37,592 nt of DNA from Methanobacteriota archaeon. GTDB lineage: Archaea > JAADCQ01 > Methanopyri > Methanopyrales > Methanopyraceae. Under the pieces are notes generated by a model. That model ran no database searches. It worked only from the letters and a program-made list of their open reading frames with translations, and was not told the origin of the DNA. Positions 34,181-37,592 of this stretch are shown here, piece by piece; position 1 is the first letter of the stretch; the number at the start of each line of letters is the position of its first letter. The stretch covers positions 1 through 37,592 of the forward strand of contig JAMOPY010000033.1 of assembly GCA_027064305.1 (NCBI GenBank), in the 5' to 3' direction. The translations under genes and the position numbers were made by a program.

Positions 34181-34871
34181 GGATCGCGTCCCGGAGTCCC
34201 TCCGCGACGATCTCCTCCCGTACGACGAGCAGGTGGCTCAGACTCCCAACCCGGGCCAGCGCCATCTCGTCCCTGTCGATGGAGAGGGTCAGGATCGTGG
34301 CGTCGGTCCCCACCCGGGCGGACTTGACGATCATCCTGGGGTGCTCGAAGGGGGGTTCCTCGCACCTCACGACCAGAGGGCCCGAGACGCGGGAGAGCTC
34401 TCGGGCCAGCCAGTTCGGGAATTTTTTGCCCACGTGCACGATTCCGCACACCTCCTCCGCGTGCCGGAGCGCGCCCCGGAGCGCGTCCTCCGCGGCCTTC
34501 CCCTCGTACACCTGGGCCACGGTGCGGCGGTGGGCTCGGCACGATCGGGCTAGCTCGCGCAGGGCCCGCCTCGCCTGCTCCTCCAGCTCCCTCCGCTGGC
34601 GCTCCAGCTCGCGCTCGATGGAGCGCTCCACGGCTATCTCCGGGTTGACCGGGGCGTACCGGGCCGGTCGGGTGGAGCGGTCCGCGGTGACCCAGCCCTT
34701 CTCCTCCAGGGACTTCAGGACGGAGTACACCTTGGAGATCGGGATGTCGGTGCCCTCGCTGACCTCTCGCGCGGTGGCCTCCCCGTGCCTTAGGAGAAAC
34801 AGGTAGGCGCGGGCCTCCCGCTCGGAGAGGCCGAGTCGAGAGAGCGCGTCCAGGAGTGAGGGTGAGGGCAA
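34158..34871 (-). CDS. TrmB-family transcriptional regulator
   Basis: LGLSEREARAYLFLL, IPISKVYSVLKSLEEKGWV, PARYAPVNP. Confidence 0.85.
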   Translation of the reverse strand: MPSPSLLDALSRLGLSEREARAYLFLLRHGEATAREVSEGTDIPISKVYSVLKSLEEKGWVTADRSTRPARYAPVNPEIAVERSIERELERQRRELEEQARRALRELARSCRAHRRTVAQVYEGKAAEDALRGALRHAEEVCGIVHVGKKFPNWLARELSRVSGPLVVRCEEPPFEHPRMIVKSARVGTDATILTLSIDRDEMALARVGSLSHLLVVREEIVAEGLRDAILKVARGS

Positions 34872-34878
34872 GGGGGCG

Positions 34879-37215
34879 TTAGAGGCCCCGGACCTTGTCC
34901 AGCAGGATCTTGCGCTCCACGCGCGCCACGATCCGTCGGATCTTCGGCACCGCGTCGATGTTGGCCGAGATGCTGTCGATGCCCGCGCGCACGAGGATCT
35001 CGGCCATGCGCGGATCGCTACCGGCCTGGCCGCAGATGCTGGTCTTCACGCCCTCCTCCCGGCACCTCTCGATTACGCGCCGGGCCAGCTTGAGCACGGC
35101 TGGATGCTTCTCGTCGTACAGGTGCGCGACCTTGTCGTTGTTCCGGTCCACGGCGAGCGTGTACTGGGTCAGGTCGTTCGTGCCCAGGCTGACGAAGTCC
35201 AGCCCCTCCCGGATGAAGTCCTCGATGAGCAGGGCGGCGGCCGGGGTCTCCACCATCATGCCGAACTCCACGTGCCGGTGGGGCTTGAGGCCGACGTCCC
35301 GCGCGACCTTCTTGGCGCGCCGCAGCTCCTCCGGGTGCTGAACGAGCGGGATCATCACGCCCAGGTTGTCGTACCCCTCCTCGTACAACCGCCGGATCGC
35401 CTCGAACTGGCACTCCAGCATCTCCCGCTCCTCCAGGTCCCGCCGGATGCCCCGCCAGCCGAGCATCGGGTTCGCCTCCTCCGGCTCCCGCTCGCCGCCC
35501 TCCAGCTCCCGGAACTCGTCGGTCGGCGCGTCCAGCGTCCTCACCCACACCGGCCGCGGGTAGAACGCGTCCGCCACCTGACGGATCCCGTTCATCAGGG
35601 ACTCAACCAACCGCTCCCGCTCACCCTCCTCGATGAGCTTGCGCGGGTGCACGCCGATGCCCAGGATCATGTGCTCGATCCGCAGCAGTCCCACGCCGTC
35701 CGCCCCGGTCTTGGCCGCCCGCTCTGCCGCCTCCGGCATGCTCACGTTCACCTTGATCTCCGTCGCGGTCACGGGCTCCGGCGCGGCCCGCTCGACCACG
35801 ACCTCCCGCTCCTCTTCCTCCTCCGCCTCGACCTCCTCCCGCTCCTCGCGCAGTCGCTCGCTCACGTCCCCCTCGTAGACGACGCCCCGCTCCCCGTCCA
35901 CCGTGACCAGCTGCCCGTCCTCCAGCACCTCCGTCGCGTTCCCGGTGCCGACCACGCACGGGATGCCGAGCTCCCGGGAGACGATCGCCGCGTGGCAGGT
36001 GATGCCTCCCTCGTCCGTTACGATCGCGGCCGCCTTGCGCATCGCCGGGACCATGTCCGGGGACGTCATCTTGGTGACGAGTACGTCCCCCTCCTCCACC
36101 TTGTCGATCTCGTCCACGTCCATGACGATCCTCACGCGCCCGACGCCCACGCCCGGGCTCGCGCCTAGCCCGCGGACGAGCACCTCGCCCGCCTCCTCCT
36201 CTTCCTCCGCCTCCTCGGCCCGCTCCTCCTCTTCCTCCTCCGGGAGCGTGGTCACCGGGCGCGACTGTAGGATGTACACCTCACCGTCCTCGATCGCCCA
36301 CTCGATGTCCTGCGGGAACCCATAGTGCTCCTCGATCGCCACACCCGTCTTCGCCAGCTCTCGGATCTCCTCGTCCGTGAGCTTCCGCTTCGACCGCTTA
36401 TCCTCCGGCACCTCCACCTTCTTCGTCTCGCCCGTCTCCGGGTCGCGCACGTACATCCACCGCTGCTCCGAGATCTGCTCCTCCACCACCTCGAACGAGC
36501 TCTTGTCTACGATGTACGTGTCCGGGGTGACCTCGCCGCTCACGACGGCCTCTCCCAGCCCCCAGGCCGCCTCGATGACCATCTTGTCCCGGTCGCCGGT
36601 GTGCGGGTTGACCGTGAACATCACGCCCGCCTTGTCCGCGTCCACCATCTTCTGCACGACGACCGCGATCGAGACGTCGAAGTGGTCGAACCCCTGCTCC
36701 TCCCGGTACGCGATCGCCCGCGGGTTGAACAGCGAGGCCCAGCACCGCTGCACGTGCTCGACGACCTCCTCCTCGCCCCGCACGTTCAGGTACGTGTCCT
36801 GCTGACCCGCGAACGAGGCCTCGGGCAGGTCCTCCGCGGTGGCCGAGGAGCGCACGGCCACGAACTCCTCGTCCTTACCCACCCTCTCGCACAGCTCCCG
36901 GTAGGCCCGCACGATCTCCTCCCGGATCTCCTCCGGCATCTCCGCCTCCACGATCAGACCTTGAATCCTCTCGGCCGCCTCCTCCAGCTCCCGGTCGTCG
37001 GAGAGATCGTGCGACTCGAGCACCTCACGGATCTTCTCGCGCAGACCCGTCTCGTCCAGGAAGTCCTCGTACGCCCGAGCGGTCACCACGAAGCCCGGTG
37101 GGATCGGCAGCCCCGCCTGCGTCATCTCCCCCAGGTTGGCGCCCTTACCGCCGGCGACGTCCACGTCGTCCTTGGAGATCTCCTCGAACCACTTGACGTA
37201 CTTCACGCCCGGCAC
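34879..37215 (-). CDS. ppsA: Phosphoenolpyruvate synthase
   Basis: GGKGANLGE, AVRSSATAEDLPEASFAGQQDT, QSRPVT, GGITCHAAIVSRE (phospho-His), GTNDLTQY, SICGQA. Confidence 0.96.
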   Translation of the reverse strand: MPGVKYVKWFEEISKDDVDVAGGKGANLGEMTQAGLPIPPGFVVTARAYEDFLDETGLREKIREVLESHDLSDDRELEEAAERIQGLIVEAEMPEEIREEIVRAYRELCERVGKDEEFVAVRSSATAEDLPEASFAGQQDTYLNVRGEEEVVEHVQRCWASLFNPRAIAYREEQGFDHFDVSIAVVVQKMVDADKAGVMFTVNPHTGDRDKMVIEAAWGLGEAVVSGEVTPDTYIVDKSSFEVVEEQISEQRWMYVRDPETGETKKVEVPEDKRSKRKLTDEEIRELAKTGVAIEEHYGFPQDIEWAIEDGEVYILQSRPVTTLPEEEEEERAEEAEEEEEAGEVLVRGLGASPGVGVGRVRIVMDVDEIDKVEEGDVLVTKMTSPDMVPAMRKAAAIVTDEGGITCHAAIVSRELGIPCVVGTGNATEVLEDGQLVTVDGERGVVYEGDVSERLREEREEVEAEEEEEREVVVERAAPEPVTATEIKVNVSMPEAAERAAKTGADGVGLLRIEHMILGIGVHPRKLIEEGERERLVESLMNGIRQVADAFYPRPVWVRTLDAPTDEFRELEGGEREPEEANPMLGWRGIRRDLEEREMLECQFEAIRRLYEEGYDNLGVMIPLVQHPEELRRAKKVARDVGLKPHRHVEFGMMVETPAAALLIEDFIREGLDFVSLGTNDLTQYTLAVDRNNDKVAHLYDEKHPAVLKLARRVIERCREEGVKTSICGQAGSDPRMAEILVRAGIDSISANIDAVPKIRRIVARVERKILLDKVRGL

Positions 37216-37225
37216 GCCCCGACCG

Positions 37226-37592
37226 TTAGTCCTGCACGAGCTCCTCGCCCTTGTCGATCACGATCGTGAACGGGAACGGGAACTTCATCCCGGCCCGCCG
37301 GAGGGCCTCCTTCCCGTGCTCGTAGTTCTCCGGGTCCAGCCGCACGGTGACGACCCGCTGTCCCTCGCGCACCCGGGCCGCCGTGCCGATCGGCTTACCG
37401 AAGGCCAGCCGCATCCCCTCCTGCACTCGGTCCGCGCCGGCCCCCGTCGCCAGCGGGTTCTCGCGCAGCACGTGGTGCGGGTACACCCGGATCTTCAGGT
37501 GGTAGTTCTCCCGGCCCACGGTCTTCGTGAGGTACCGGTTCGCCGCGACGCGCGCCGCCTCCAGCGCGTTGTGCGTCACCTGCGCCCGCTCC
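37226..37592 (-). CDS. rpl10e: 50S ribosomal protein L10e/uL16 (5' end outside the window)
   Basis: [47 protein letters not shown]. Confidence 0.95.
   Translation of the reverse strand, partial: ERAQVTHNALEAARVAANRYLTKTVGRENYHLKIRVYPHHVLRENPLATGAGADRVQEGMRLAFGKPIGTAARVREGQRVVTVRLDPENYEHGKEALRRAGMKFPFPFTIVIDKGEELVQD

Noticed and set aside
93-37269. Many long overlapping ORFs in the track (e.g. 93-1511, 4629-6584, 7727-9433, 24495-26045, 35104-36168)
   Set aside because: Antisense or off-frame shadows of real genes in GC-rich DNA; Arg/Pro/Gly- or His/Leu-skewed and without motifs.
1-37592. CRISPR array, IS element, integrase or att-site duplication
   Set aside because: No regularly spaced direct repeats or recombinase ORFs seen. 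The shared CCGGGTTCAAATCCCGGC at 13-30 and 21411-21428 is just the T arm of two different tRNAs.

Overview
High-GC archaeal chromosomal DNA from a hyperthermophilic methanogen, very probably Methanopyrus. Three signatures point there: a stand-alone C-terminal reverse-gyrase subunit (RgyA), a tRNA-Thr gene with C at position 8, and a UGA/selenocysteine formate dehydrogenase. About 34 protein genes are mostly housekeeping: FwdF-like polyferredoxin, fdhA/fdhB/fdhC, serA, an m5C RNA methyltransferase, dcd, rgyA, connectase, pcm, ribH, hemL, cimA, pheS, cgi121, a TusA-like protein, EF-1beta, TrmB, ppsA and rpl10e. There are also two tRNA genes, one cut by the window edge. The most interesting signals are non-coding. 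(1) A 25-bp AT-rich dyad, WATYGTTWCGA-N6-KAACRAWH, occurs five times, each time just downstream of a tRNA or gene 3' end, and two copies bracket a ParA-family/orphan gene pair. (2) The fdhA 5' leader holds a canonical archaeal SECIS flanked by two hairpins with complementary loops. (3) There are four C/D-box sRNA candidates with variant boxes and three H/ACA-type hairpins, one with a pocket matching 16S rRNA helix 45. Also notable are a stand-alone GGDEF-like domain, an S1-ASCH fusion and an apparent frameshift at the start of an MBL-fold gene. No CRISPR array, transposase or integrase was seen. All calls come from reading the sequence by eye; no searches were run.
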